Source: an uncultured delta proteobacterium
GTDB taxonomy: Bacteria > Myxococcota_A > Polyangia > Polyangiales > B10-G4
Direction of reading: 5' to 3'
DNA length: 64,000 nt
Assembly (NCBI GenBank): GCA_963727445.1
Contig: CAVSGI010000020.1
Location: 512,001 to 576,000, forward strand
The notes below the pieces were generated by a model. That model did not search any database, was not told the origin of the DNA, and saw only the letters and a program-made list of their open reading frames with translations. Both the position numbers and the translations under genes were made by a program. Position 1 is the stretch's first letter. Each line of letters opens with the position of its first letter. Of the stretch, positions 52,019-62,900 are shown piece after piece.

Positions 52019-53665
52019 TCACTCGTCGAAGAGACCGAGCTGCTCCGCGGCCTCGTCTTCGGGAGGCTCCCAATCGAAGCGCGCCGCGAGCGCGTGGAGC
52101 GCGTCGAGCGAATCGGCTTCTTCCGCCTTCTTGTCGCGGCGCCAGCGCAGGATGCGCGGAAAGCGCAGCGCGACGCCGCTCTTGTGTCGTGTCGAGCGGC
52201 GGATCTGCTCGAAGCCGATTTCGAAGACCTGCAGAGGCTCGACGACCCGCAGCCGGCCGCGCCGTTCGAGGGTGTGCGCCTTGATCCAGCGGTCGAGCTC
52301 GTCGATCTCGGCGTCGTCGAGGCCCGAGTAGGCCTGGGCGACGGTGGTGAGCTCGTCGCCGTTCCACACGCCGAAGCCATAGTCCGTGAGGAGACTCGCG
52401 CGCCGGCCGTGCCCCGGCTGCGCATAGGTCATCACCACGTCCACGCTGAGCGGGTCGATCTTCCACTTCCACCAATCGCCCTTGCGGCGGCCGGCGTAGT
52501 ACGGCGAAGTGCGGCGCTTGAGCATCAGACCTTCGACCCCACGCTCTCGTGCGCGGTCGCGTTCCGCTTCGAGCCCCGCGAAGCTCGGCCGCTCGACCAG
52601 CTCGGAGAGTCGGAGCTCGTCCCGGTCGAGATCACGAACCAGGCGTTCGAGGCGCGCCCTTCGCGTCTCCCATCGTTGGTCGCGGACGTCCTCGCCGCCG
52701 TCTTCGAGCAGGTCGAAGGCGACGAGAACCACGGGCACCTGGCGCAGCACCTTGCGGGTCAGCGTCTTTCGGCCGATGCGGCGCTGAAGGGCGGAGAAGG
52801 GCAGGGGCGCACCGTCGGCGAAGGCCAACAGCTCGCCGTCGAGCACGGTTCCGGCAGGCAGGTGTTGCGCGGCGGCGCGGACCTCGGGGAAGCGATCCGT
52901 CACCAGCTCTTCGCCCCGGGACCAGAGGAAGACCTCCCCCTCGCGCACCACGGCCTGTGCGCGGATGCCGTCCCATTTCCACTCGGCGGCCCACTCCGAG
53001 ACGTCGCCCAACACCGATGGGTCGTCGTCGAAAGGATGGGCCAGGCAGAAGGGATAGGGACGCAATCCGTCGGCGGCGCGGGTGTCGGGGTCGACGAGCG
53101 CCGAGAAGCTGGCGGCGCTCGGTGCGAAGTCGCCCATCAGTCGGTGGGTGAGGACGTCGCGCCCGATGCCGGAGTGCTCCGCGAGCGCGCGCACCGCCAG
53201 GGTCTGGCTCACGCCCACGCGCAGCTCTCCCGTCAGCATCTTGTGCAACAGAAAGAGCTCGCGCGGCGGCTGCCTCCGCCACCACCCGCGGATCCGCTGT
53301 CGAACCTCGAGCTCGGTCGCGCCGCGTAGGGGCAGTATCTCCTCTTCGACCCATTCGTGTAGCGGCCGCACCTCGGGCGCTTCGTCGGTGCCCAAGACCA
53401 GGAGCGCCACCGTCTCGGCGAAGTCGCCCACCGCCGCGTAGCACTCGTCGACGAGCCACGGCGCGAGGCCCGAGCTCTCGAGGACGAGGGAGCGAAGCGC
53501 CCGCGAGCCAACGCAGCGCTTGAGCCGTCGCCCGGTCAGAAAGTAGAGCGCCCAGGCTGCGTCTTCCGGCGGCGCCTCGTCGAAGTAGGCGCGCATCGCC
53601 GCGACCTTGGCGTTGGTCGAAGTGGTCCCGTCGAGGCGGTCGTAGAGATCGGCGAAGAGGCGCAT
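52019..53665 (-). CDS. ATP-dependent DNA ligase
   Basis: EWKWDGIRAQ (KxDG adenylation motif), LDGEL, EGLMLK, WWKWK, SGVALRFPRI.RWR.DK; ATG at 53665. Confidence 0.93.
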   Translation of the reverse strand: MRLFADLYDRLDGTTSTNAKVAAMRAYFDEAPPEDAAWALYFLTGRRLKRCVGSRALRSLVLESSGLAPWLVDECYAAVGDFAETVALLVLGTDEAPEVRPLHEWVEEEILPLRGATELEVRQRIRGWWRRQPPRELFLLHKMLTGELRVGVSQTLAVRALAEHSGIGRDVLTHRLMGDFAPSAASFSALVDPDTRAADGLRPYPFCLAHPFDDDPSVLGDVSEWAAEWKWDGIRAQAVVREGEVFLWSRGEELVTDRFPEVRAAAQHLPAGTVLDGELLAFADGAPLPFSALQRRIGRKTLTRKVLRQVPVVLVAFDLLEDGGEDVRDQRWETRRARLERLVRDLDRDELRLSELVERPSFAGLEAERDRARERGVEGLMLKRRTSPYYAGRRKGDWWKWKIDPLSVDVVMTYAQPGHGRRASLLTDYGFGVWNGDELTTVAQAYSGLDDAEIDELDRWIKAHTLERRGRLRVVEPLQVFEIGFEQIRRSTRHKSGVALRFPRILRWRRDKKAEEADSLDALHALAARFDWEPPEDEAAEQLGLFDE

Positions 53666-54681
53666 CAGGTGAGCTTCTCTTCCTCTGGCTCGCCGACGTA
53701 CCGGGTCGCGAGCGCGCGAGCGTCGAAGCCCTCTTCGTGGAGATAGCGCGCGAGGGGCGCGGCGTAGCCGTGGGTGAGGCGAATGCGTCGTGCGCCCGTC
53801 TCTCGGATGGTCGCGACGAGGGCGGGCCAGTCCGCGTGGTCGCTGATGACCAGACCGAGATCGACGGCGCGGCGGCGACGTGGGCCCCTCAGGCGCATCC
53901 ATCCCGACGCAAAGGCGATGGTGGCGCCGCCGAAGCGCTTCATGAAGGGTGAGCCGGCGGCGCTCGGCGGGGCCACCACCAGCGCGCCCGGAGACTTCTT
54001 TCGCTTCTCGAGGGAAGCGGCCTTCGTGGTGTCGGGGAGCGACACCCCGGCCTCGCGGTAGAGCGCGGTGATCGATTCGACGGCGCCGTGGGTGAGGATC
54101 GGACCCGGGAGCTCCCCGTGAGCCGCGAGCATCGACAGCAGGCGCTGCGCCTTTCCGAGGGAGTAGGCGAACAGGACCGTGGGCCGGCCCGACCGAGCGG
54201 CGTCCTTCCACGCGCCCAGGAGGCGGCGCAGCTCCTCTTCGGGATCGGGCCACCGATAGATCGGTAGCGCGAAGGTGGCCTCCGAGACGAAGGTGTCGCA
54301 GGCGACCACCTCGAAGGGGGCGGTGGTGGGATCGCGGTCACGCTTGAAGTCGCCGGAGACCACCCAGACCTCTCCGTCCACCTCGACGCGCACCTGGCTC
54401 GCGCCGAGGACGTGCCCCGCGGGATGCAGCGAAACGGTGGCGTCCCCCAGGACGAAACGCTCGCCGTAGCCATGGGCCACGATGCGAGCCTCGTCTCCGA
54501 GGCGCTTCTGCGCGATGGCGGCGCCGGGTGCCGCGCAGTGATAGACGCCCATCCCCGGGCGCGCGTGATCGGCGTGGGCGTGGGTGACGACCGCCACATC
54601 CGTCGCCGCCCAGGGGTCGATGTGAAAGCCGCCGCGCCGAACGCAGAGCCCGCGCTCGTCGACCTGAACGAGCTCTTTCAC
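53665..54681 (-). CDS. ligase-associated DNA damage response exonuclease (MBL/beta-CASP)
   Basis: IDPW, THAHADH, PAGHVLG, SGDFK, EATF.LP.YRW, YSLGKAQR, ASGWM, SDHADW; GTG 54681 overlaps the upstream TGA. Confidence 0.9.
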   Translation of the reverse strand: MKELVQVDERGLCVRRGGFHIDPWAATDVAVVTHAHADHARPGMGVYHCAAPGAAIAQKRLGDEARIVAHGYGERFVLGDATVSLHPAGHVLGASQVRVEVDGEVWVVSGDFKRDRDPTTAPFEVVACDTFVSEATFALPIYRWPDPEEELRRLLGAWKDAARSGRPTVLFAYSLGKAQRLLSMLAAHGELPGPILTHGAVESITALYREAGVSLPDTTKAASLEKRKKSPGALVVAPPSAAGSPFMKRFGGATIAFASGWMRLRGPRRRRAVDLGLVISDHADWPALVATIRETGARRIRLTHGYAAPLARYLHEEGFDARALATRYVGEPEEEKLT

Positions 54682-55404
54682 GTTCGGGTGGCGATGACCA
54701 TCACGACGCGGTGATAGGGTCGTGGGAAGAGACCGCGAAGCACCCGGACCTCGAAACCGGCGGCGCTCAAGAGGCTTTCCGCGCGGGGCAGCAGGAAGGT
54801 CAGGTAGTACATGTGGAAGGGCGGAATCGAGCACAGCGTTGCGCGCGCGGATGGCGGCGTTGAAGCCCCGCGCCATCCAGTAGCCGGGCCGCAGCATGGA
54901 GGGACGGTCGCCGGTGACGAAGGCGAAGCGACCCCCGGGACGGAGCGCGCGCCGGACGTTCTGGACGAAGCGCGCTTCGTCTTCTTCGAGGATGTGGCCG
55001 AAGGCGCCGAAGCTCACGGCCAGCTCGAACTCCTCGCTGAACGGAAGGGCGAGGGCGTCCGCGCGCTGCAGACGGAGCGCGGCGTCACCCGGGGCATCGA
55101 CGAGGCGTCGCTCCGCTTCGTCGAGCATGCCGCGGCTCACGTCGACGCCGACGATCTCTTCGCGGCAGAGGGGGCGAAGCACCCGCATCGCTGCCCCGGT
55201 GCCGCAGCAGATGTCGAGGGCGCGCTCCACCGAGCGCGGTCCACCGAGGCGCGCCGCGACCCGCTCGAGGATCGCGTCCGGCGTACGGAAGGGCGTGTGA
55301 TCGAACTTCGGTGCGAGGAGGTCGTACCCGCGTTCGGTCGACGAGAGCGCCTGCTCGGCGAGCTCGAAGAAGGTCGGCCCGTCCGGGTGAAACATCGGGG
55401 CCAT
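54678..55404 (-). CDS. class I SAM-dependent methyltransferase (frameshift near 54827)
   Basis: LDICCGTG, GVDVS.GML, FGAFGH, LRPGGRF. Removing one base restores PPFHMYYLTFLLP..VIATRT-stop at 54678. Confidence 0.8.
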
Positions 55405-55425
55405 CGTAATGGCCGCGCCCGCGGA

Positions 55426-55941
55426 TTAGAAGAGCGTGACCGGGCCGAGGGTTTCGACGGTGGCGAGCTGGCGGCGGTCCGACTCGAGGCGCGCGGCCTG
55501 GAAGACGCGCGCGGCGGCGTAGGCGGCGAGGATGAGCGCGAACGCGACCCCGAGGCCCAGAGCGGCGCCGGAGAACCAGTGCTCGGTGGCGTAACGCTGG
55601 ACGATGGCGCCCACCACCGCGGAGAGGGTGACCACCACCCAGAAAGGGGCGACGTGATGGCTGATGGCGCGCCGGGTGGCGCGGACGCGGACGATATCGA
55701 GGGCCGCGCGGCTGACGGCGATGAGGGTGGTGATGCTGAGGACGCTGTACAGGAGAAGGGCCAGGCCGATGGTGGGCAGAGTCCAGCCGCCGGGCGGCGT
55801 GAAGCTCGTGCCGAAGGTGGTGACCATGAGCCAGCCCACGTAGAAGGCGAGCAGGGCGAGGGCCCTCAGGCCATGGCGGCGGGCGACGGCGATACTGGGG
55901 AGGAGGTCCTGGGCGCGCATACGTACGCGGTCGAAAAGCAT
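55426..55941 (-). CDS. hypothetical membrane protein (about 4 TM)
   Basis: Four hydrophobic stretches; coding-like codon bias. Confidence 0.65.
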   Translation of the reverse strand: MLFDRVRMRAQDLLPSIAVARRHGLRALALLAFYVGWLMVTTFGTSFTPPGGWTLPTIGLALLLYSVLSITTLIAVSRAALDIVRVRATRRAISHHVAPFWVVVTLSAVVGAIVQRYATEHWFSGAALGLGVAFALILAAYAAARVFQAARLESDRRQLATVETLGPVTLF

Positions 55942-56008
55942 CGTGTGTGCCAGGGTAGTTTCGACCGGAATCGCTCGGCAATTTTTCGGCTGTCCCGTGA
56001 ACCGGGGT

Positions 56009-57196
56009 TCATGGCGCGACCTCCACTTTACGATCCGGGGGCTTCTGGGCCCCGTCCAGGCGACGGGCGACCACGCGGTTTCTTCCCGCCTCCTTGGCTT
56101 CGTAAAGGGCCGCGTCGGCCGCCTTCACCAGGGCCGCGGGTGCGTCGTCCATGCCCGGGATGGTCGTGGCGACCCCGATGCTGATCGTGACGTGCGAGGC
56201 GGTGGCGGAGCCGTCGTGTGGGATCGCGATCTCCGACACCTTCTTCCGCAGGCGCTCGGCCGTCTGCGTCGCGTCCTCGAGGTCGGTCTCGCCGAGCACC
56301 ACCACGAACTCCTCTCCCCCATAGCGTGCCACGTGATCGGTCGCGCGCTGCAGCCCCGCAGCGAGGGTCTCGGCCACGGCCTTGAGGCAATCGTCGCCGG
56401 CGAGATGTCCGTAGCTGTCGTTGTACTTCTTGAAGTGATCGATGTCGCTCATCAACACCGAGATCGGCGCCTCGGTACGCGTCGCGCGTCGCCACTCGCG
56501 CTCGTACATCTCCTCGAACTGTCGACGGTTCGGGATCTGCGTCAGACCGTCGAGGCGGACCAACTCTTCGAGCAGCCGCGTCTGCTCGGCCAGCTCCGCG
56601 CTCACCGCCTCCGCTTTGGCGGCGAGGACTTGATTCTCGAAGCGAGCGGACAAGGCATCGGTGGAGGTCTGGCGCATGGTGGCGCTGATGCGCAGGATGA
56701 GCGTGAGGTAGATCAGGGTGAGGGCGCCGATCAGCACGTGCACGGAAGTGCCCTCGAGGAAGAAGCGCGCCGACAGAGGGAGGAGGAGGATCACGGCGAA
56801 GGGGATCGAGGCGGCGCGCACCGGGCTGTAGGCGCTGGTGCCCGCGGCGCTGATCGCGACGATCGTCATCGGGAGCAGCAGCTGATGAAGGGGCGAGGCC
56901 GGCCAAAGGACGAGGACACCCACGGCCCAAGCGAGCGCCGTGACCCAGATCAGCCCGAGGTTCACCCGGCTCCAGCGCTCGACCCGGTCGCCCCTTCTGT
57001 TCACCGCGACGGGGAGCAGGAGCCGGCCGAGCTGCAGCGCCAGAACCCCTCCGAGCCACAGCCAGAGTGGATTGGAGGGGACCTCGCCGTAGAGGCCGGC
57101 TGCCGCGAAGATGGCGGCGAGGGAGGAGCCGACCGCGCCGGTCCCACCCTGCTCGATGATCAGGCGCGCCTGTGCCTCCCGCACCTTGCGCTCCAC
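56009..57196 (-). CDS. membrane-bound diguanylate cyclase (GGDEF)
   Basis: Several TM helices, then DGLTQIPNRR, DIDHFKKYND.YGH..GD, RATD (I-site) and RYGGEEF. The true start may lie further upstream (~57254) across an indel. Confidence 0.9.
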   Translation of the reverse strand: MERKVREAQARLIIEQGGTGAVGSSLAAIFAAAGLYGEVPSNPLWLWLGGVLALQLGRLLLPVAVNRRGDRVERWSRVNLGLIWVTALAWAVGVLVLWPASPLHQLLLPMTIVAISAAGTSAYSPVRAASIPFAVILLLPLSARFFLEGTSVHVLIGALTLIYLTLILRISATMRQTSTDALSARFENQVLAAKAEAVSAELAEQTRLLEELVRLDGLTQIPNRRQFEEMYEREWRRATRTEAPISVLMSDIDHFKKYNDSYGHLAGDDCLKAVAETLAAGLQRATDHVARYGGEEFVVVLGETDLEDATQTAERLRKKVSEIAIPHDGSATASHVTISIGVATTIPGMDDAPAALVKAADAALYEAKEAGRNRVVARRLDGAQKPPDRKVEVAP

Positions 57197-57340
57197 CTCG
57201 ATTCTGACTTCCGTCGCTGAGGCGCTTCTTCAGCTCGCTTTCAGTGGCTGGCACGGGGCACCGGCATCCTCGCCCGCCCCGTGGGCTTTGCCAATCACTC
57301 TCGTTGCAAGGAGACGAGGGCCGTGCTTCGCTTCCGCGCC

Positions 57341-58255
57341 GTGGAAGACGTCAAAGCGCGCATCGAGGTCCTGATTCGGAGCTCGGAGGTGGTTCTCTTC
57401 ATGAAGGGCACCCGCGGGTCACCCAAATGCGGCTTCTCCGCGTCGGTGGTCGACATCCTCGACGACTACCTCGACGAGTACCTGACGGTGGACGTGCTCT
57501 CGGACGAGGCGATCCGGCAGGGGATCAAGGACTACTCGAGCTGGCCCACGATCCCGCAGCTCTTCGTGAAGGGGGAGTTGGTGGGCGGCTCGGACATCGT
57601 GCGCGAGCTCAAGCAGAGCGGGGAGCTGAAAGAGGTGTTGGGGCGCGCCGCGCTTCCGTTCACGACCCCCGAGATCGTCGTCACCGACGATGCCATCGAC
57701 GCCCTCTGCGAGTATTGGGACGGCGACGGAACGCCCGTGGTGCGCCTCGAGATCGATCGCGCGTTTCATTACGGCATCGCTTTCGGGGAGCCCCAGGATG
57801 ACGACCTGGTGCTGTCGGATCCGCGTTTCACGCTGTTGATGGACAAGAGCACCGCGCGTCGCGCCGACGGGATGACCATCGACTACTTGAAGACGGCCGA
57901 GGCGAGCGGCTTCAAGATCGACAACCCGAACGAGCCGCCGCGGGTGCGTCAGCTCTCGGCCAAGGAGCTCTCCGGCATGCTCGCGCAGAACAAGCCGCTC
58001 GAGCTCTTCGACGTCCGGACGCCCGGGGAGCGTGCCACCGCCGACATCGGCGGGACCCTGCTGAACGAGGCGGGGCGGGCGCGCCTCGAGTCCCTCGAGC
58101 GCGAGACGGCGCTCGCCTTCTACTGTCATCACGGCGTGCGCAGTCAGGCCGCCGCCGAGCACGCGCTTCGCATGGGGTTTCGCGAGGTGTACAACCTGGC
58201 CGGGGGGATCGACGCCTGGTCTTTGGAGGTGGACCCCCAGGTCCCACGGTACTGA
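57341..58255 (+). CDS. grxD: monothiol glutaredoxin (CGFS) - IscA-like - rhodanese fusion
   Basis: LFMKG..P.CGFS, WPTIPQLF..GE.VGG.DI; middle domain ending GFKIDNPN; rhodanese DVR..E..YCHHGVRS..GGIDAWS. Confidence 0.88.
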   Translation: MEDVKARIEVLIRSSEVVLFMKGTRGSPKCGFSASVVDILDDYLDEYLTVDVLSDEAIRQGIKDYSSWPTIPQLFVKGELVGGSDIVRELKQSGELKEVLGRAALPFTTPEIVVTDDAIDALCEYWDGDGTPVVRLEIDRAFHYGIAFGEPQDDDLVLSDPRFTLLMDKSTARRADGMTIDYLKTAEASGFKIDNPNEPPRVRQLSAKELSGMLAQNKPLELFDVRTPGERATADIGGTLLNEAGRARLESLERETALAFYCHHGVRSQAAAEHALRMGFREVYNLAGGIDAWSLEVDPQVPRY

Positions 58256-58258
58256 CGC

Positions 58259-58885
58259 ATGAACGACCCCAATCAGCCCGCTCCTGGTTTTGGCGCGCCT
58301 CCCGGCGCGCCCCCCGGTTCCGCTCCCGCCGCCCCGCCCAAGAAGAAGAGCCGGGTGCTCCTCTTCGTGGGCGTCGGGTGCCTCAGCTTGATCACCATGT
58401 GCTGCTGCACCGGCGGCGGGTTGGCCTGGTGGCGGACCAACGATGTCGACAAGTCGGCGCGACATCATGCGGAGTACTTTCTCAGCAACGTCCAGAGCCA
58501 CGAATGGGATCAGGCCCTCGCTTCGTCGGAGTACATGGGGGACACCGCGCTCTACAGCTCCGCGCAGATGCAAAGCTGTTTCATGGATACGCCGCTGGGC
58601 AACATGAGCTCCTATTTTTGCAGCGACGCCGACGGCGCGCTCTGGGACGACGATCGCGACGTCACCTGTACTGTCCAGACGTTCGGGCAGGGCCCGCAGG
58701 AGATCACCATCCACGTGAACTCCGCGGACGGGGCGTTCCCCTACCTCGGCTTCGTGTGGTTCTCTCCCACCGCCACCTTCGGCACCGAGTGGTCCAGCGA
58801 CAACTGCGCCCGCTGGTCTGGCCGCGACTACTTCGACGAGCCGCCGGCGAATCGCGTCCGACCCCAGGCCATGCCCACCTTCTGA
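58259..58885 (+). CDS. hypothetical membrane-anchored protein
   Basis: Pro-rich start, KKKS, TM helix with CCC, then a soluble domain. Confidence 0.7.
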   Translation: MNDPNQPAPGFGAPPGAPPGSAPAAPPKKKSRVLLFVGVGCLSLITMCCCTGGGLAWWRTNDVDKSARHHAEYFLSNVQSHEWDQALASSEYMGDTALYSSAQMQSCFMDTPLGNMSSYFCSDADGALWDDDRDVTCTVQTFGQGPQEITIHVNSADGAFPYLGFVWFSPTATFGTEWSSDNCARWSGRDYFDEPPANRVRPQAMPTF

Positions 58886-58897
58886 CGTGCCCACCCA

Positions 58898-58947
58898 TTG
58901 ACGCCAGCGCAGGAAGGCGTCATATTCGCTCATCCGGATGCACGGAT
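58898..58947 (+). promoter_or_regulatory. sigma70-like promoter with tandem inverted repeats (probable ArsR/SahR-type operator)
   Basis: TTGACG(58898-903)-N17-CATATT(58921-26); ATTCG-N6-CGGAT (58924-39) and ATCCG-N6-CGGAT (58932-47). Confidence 0.65.
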
Positions 58948-59881
58948 GTCAGCGCTAGACCTCGGGCAAAGTGGCAGTCTTCTCTCGCTTTTCAGCGATG
59001 CGACCCGGGTGCGTCTCCTCGGGCTCCTGGAGCAGGACGAGCTGACCGTGGCCGAGCTCGTGGCGATCACCGAGCTGAGTCAATCGCGGGTCTCGACGCA
59101 TCTGGGCAAGCTCCGGGAGGCGGGGCTGCTTCGGGACCGGCGGGCGGGTTCCTCGACGTACTACCGAATCGCGGCGTCGATGCCCGATGAGGCGAAGCGG
59201 GTGTGGGCGCTGGTGAAGGAGCAGCTCGACGACCCGCTGATGAAGGCCGACGCCGGACGAAAGCAGAAGGTTCTCGCGGCGCGCGAGGGCGCGGGGTGGC
59301 CCGATCGGATCGCCGGGCAGATGGAGCGGCACTACTCGCCTGGGCGCACCTGGGAGTCGCTCTCCCGCGCGTTTCTCACGCTCCTCGACCTCGGGGACGT
59401 CCTCGACGTGGGCGCGGGCGACGGAACGGTCGCGCAGCTCCTCGCGCCGCGCGCGCGCACTGTCACGTGCATCGACAAGAGCGAACGCCTGGTGAGCGCG
59501 GCGCGGGACCGCCTCGCCGCTCATCCCAACGTCAGGGTCGAGCGTGGTGACATGCATGCGCTGCCCTTCGACGCGGAGAGCTTCGACCTGGCGCTCCTCG
59601 GCAACGTCCTCGCCTTCAGCGAGCATCCGGCGGACGTGATCGCGGAAGCTGCGCGGGTGCTGCGCCCCGGCGGCCAGCTCCTCGTGACCACCCTCGCGCC
59701 CCACCAGCATGGCGCGGTCACCGAGGGCTACGGCCACGTGAACGACGGGATCAGCCCCGAGGCGCTGCGCGAGGCGCTGGCCGCCGCTGGGCTGGTGGTG
59801 GAGCTGTCCGAAGTGACTTCGCGCGAGCGCAAGAAACCCCATTTCCACGTGGTCACCGCCCTCGGGCGGCGACCGCGGTAG
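58946..59881 (+). CDS. ArsR-family HTH plus methyltransferase-like domain regulator (SahR-like)
   Basis: D.TRVRLL.LL..ELTVAEL..I..LSQSRVSTHL.KL; VLDVGAGDG, GDMHALPF, RVLRPGG; directly upstream of metH. Confidence 0.88.
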   Translation: MSALDLGQSGSLLSLFSDATRVRLLGLLEQDELTVAELVAITELSQSRVSTHLGKLREAGLLRDRRAGSSTYYRIAASMPDEAKRVWALVKEQLDDPLMKADAGRKQKVLAAREGAGWPDRIAGQMERHYSPGRTWESLSRAFLTLLDLGDVLDVGAGDGTVAQLLAPRARTVTCIDKSERLVSAARDRLAAHPNVRVERGDMHALPFDAESFDLALLGNVLAFSEHPADVIAEAARVLRPGGQLLVTTLAPHQHGAVTEGYGHVNDGISPEALREALAAAGLVVELSEVTSRERKKPHFHVVTALGRRPR

Positions 59882-59902
59882 AGCCGACGACGAGAGAACG
59901 CC

Positions 59903-62900
59903 ATGAACGACGTCAAAAAGACCATCGAGAGCCTGCTCCAACAGCGGATCATGATCCTGGACGGAGCGATGGGCACCTCCATCCAGAAGTACGGCCTGAG
60001 CGAGTCCGACTATCGAGGGGAGCGTTTCGCGAGCCACCCCCACGACGTGCAGGGCAACAACGACCTGCTCTGCCTCACGAAGCCGGACGTGATCCGCGCG
60101 ATCCACGCACAGTTCCTGGAGGCCGGCGCGGACATCATCGAGACCAACACATTCAACTCGACCTCGATCGTCCAAGCGGACTACCACCTCGAGCCGATCG
60201 CCTACGACCTGAACGTCGCGGCCGCGCGCCTGGCGCGACAGAGCGCCGACGAGTTCAGCGATCGCAATCCGGACAAGCGGCGATTCGTCGCCGGAGCCAT
60301 CGGTCCGCTCAACAAGACACTGAGCCTGAGCCCCGACGTGAACGATCCCGCCTTCCGCGCGGTGACCTTCGACGAGGTGCGCAAGGCCTACGCCGAGCAG
60401 GTGCGCGGCTTGATGGATGGGGGCTCGGACCTCCTGTTGGTGGAGACGATCTTCGACACGCTCAACGCCAAAGCCGCGCTGGTCGCCATCGAGGACGTCT
60501 TCGCCGAAAAGAGCACGCGCCTGCCGATCATGATCTCGGTCACCATCACCGACCGGAGCGGGCGCACCCTGTCGGGGCAGACGATCGAAGCCTTCTGGGC
60601 ATCGGTGGAGCATGCCCGGCCGCTCCTGGTCGGCGTGAACTGCGCTCTCGGTGCGCGTGAGATGCGCCCCTACGTCGAGGCCCTGGCCGAGATCTCTCCG
60701 TCCTACATCCACTGCTACCCGAACGCCGGTCTGCCCAACGCCATGGGCGAGTACGACGAGACGCCCCAGACCACCGGTGCATTGGTGAAGGACCTCGCCG
60801 AGGCCGGCTTCGTGAACGTGCTCGGTGGGTGCTGCGGCACCACCCCGGAGCACATCGAGGCGATCGCGAAGGCGGTCGCCGAGCTACCGCCGCGGGCGCT
60901 GCCCGAGTCGCTTCCGGACTTCCCGACCTTCAGCGGTCTCGAGGCGCTGACGATTCGCCCCGATTCGAACTTCACCATGGTCGGCGAGCGAACCAACGTC
61001 ACCGGCTCGCGGAAGTTCATGCGCCTGATCAAGGAAGGCGACTTCAACACCGCCCTCGAGGTGGCGCTCGATCAGGTGCGCGGCGGCGCCAACATCATCG
61101 ACGTCAACATGGACGAGGGGATGCTCGAGTCCGAAAAGGCGATGCGGCGTTTCTTGAACCTGATCGCCAGCGAGCCCGAGATCGCGCGAGTTCCGGTGAT
61201 GGTGGACAGCTCGAAGTGGAGCGTCATCGAGGCGGGGCTCGAAGTGTCTCCAGGGCAAGGGCATCGTCAACTCGATCAGCCTGAAGGAGGGCGAGGAGGA
61301 CTTCCTCGAAAAGGCGCGCACCGCGCGGCGTCTTCGGCGCCGCGGTGGTCGTGATGGCCTTCGACGAGCAGGGCCAGGCCGAGACCGTCGAGCGCAAGGT
61401 CGAGATCTGCCAGCGGGCCTACCGCCTGCTCACCGAGAAGGCGGGCTTCGTCGGCCGACGACATCATCTTCGACCCCAACATCCTGGCGATCGCCACCGG
61501 GATCGAGGAGCACGACGAGTACGCGAAGGACTTCATCGAGGCCACGCGATTGATCAAGGAGACATGCCCGGGCGCGCAGATAACCGGCGGCGTCAGCAAC
61601 CTGTCCTTCTCCTTCCGCGGCAACGACCGGGTGCGCGAGGCGATGCACGCGGCCTTCCTCTATCACGCCATCGCGGCGGGGATGGACATGGGCATCGTCA
61701 ACGCCGGTCAGCTCGAGGTCTACGAGGAGATCCCCGAAGAGCTCCGCGAGCACGTGGAGGACGTGATCCTCGACCGCCGCGCGCGACGCGACCGAGCGGC
61801 TGGTCGACCTCGCGGAGCGCTACAAGGGCGCCGGAAAGAAACGGGAGATCGATCTCTCCTGGCGCGAGACCTCGGTGGAGAAGCGCCTCGCTCACGCCCT
61901 GGTCAAGGGCATCGTCGACTTCATCGAGGAGGACACCGAGGAGGCGCGGCAGAAGTTGGGCCGTCCCGCTCGAGGTGATCGAAGGGCCGCTGATGGCCGG
62001 GATGAGCATCGTCGGCGACCTCTTCGGCGCGGGGAAGATGTTCCTGCCGCAGGTGGTGAAGAGCGCGCGCGTCATGAAGCGGGCGGTCGCCTACCTGACG
62101 CCGTTCATGGAGGAGGAGCAGAAGGCACGGCGAGGTCCGCAAGCAGGGCAAGGTGCTGATGGCCACCGTGAAAGGCGACGTTCACGACATCGGCAAGAAC
62201 ATCGTGGGGGTGGTGCTGCGGATGCAACAACTACGAGGTCATCGACCTCGGGGTCATGGTGCCTTCCGAGAAGATCCTCGAGGTGGCGAAGGAGCGCGAC
62301 GTGGACGTGATCGGCCTCTCAGGCCTGATCACGCCGTCGCTCGACGAGATGGTGCACGTCGGCCGCGAGATGAAGCGTCAGGGCTTCGAGGTGCCGCTGC
62401 TTGATCGGCGGCGCGACCACCAGCCGCCAGCACACGGCCGTCAAGATCGCGCCGGCCTACGACTCGCCGGTGGTGCACGTGCACGACGCCTCGCGCGCGG
62501 TGGGTGTCGTCTCCGACCTCCTCGGGGAGGGACGCGCTGCCCTGGACCAGAAGAACCGCGAAGAGCAGGCCAAGCTGGTGCGCCTCTTCGAGGCGAAGCG
62601 CGACAAGCCCATCCTTCCAATCGAGACCGCCCGCGAGAACGGGGCACGGCTGAAGTTCGGCACCGACGAAGTCGCCACCCCTTCTTTCCTCGGCAGGCGC
62701 GTGGTCGACGACGTGAGCCTCGAAGAGATCGCGCGCTACATCGACTGGACGTTCTTCTTCCACGCATGGGAGCTGCGCGGAAAGTTCCCGGAGATCCTCT
62801 CGCACCCGGAGCGCGGTAGCGCCGCCAGGGAGCTCTACGAAGCCGCTCAGTCCCTCCTCGAGGAGATTGTGAAGGCGGCGGCGATCTCGCCGCGGGCGGT

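Noticed and set aside
53665..55404. 579-aa apparent methyltransferase-exonuclease fusion in the ORF track
   Set aside because: One extra base near 54827 joins the frames; correcting it gives a normal methyltransferase C-terminus ending at 54678 with a GTGA overlap onto the exonuclease start.
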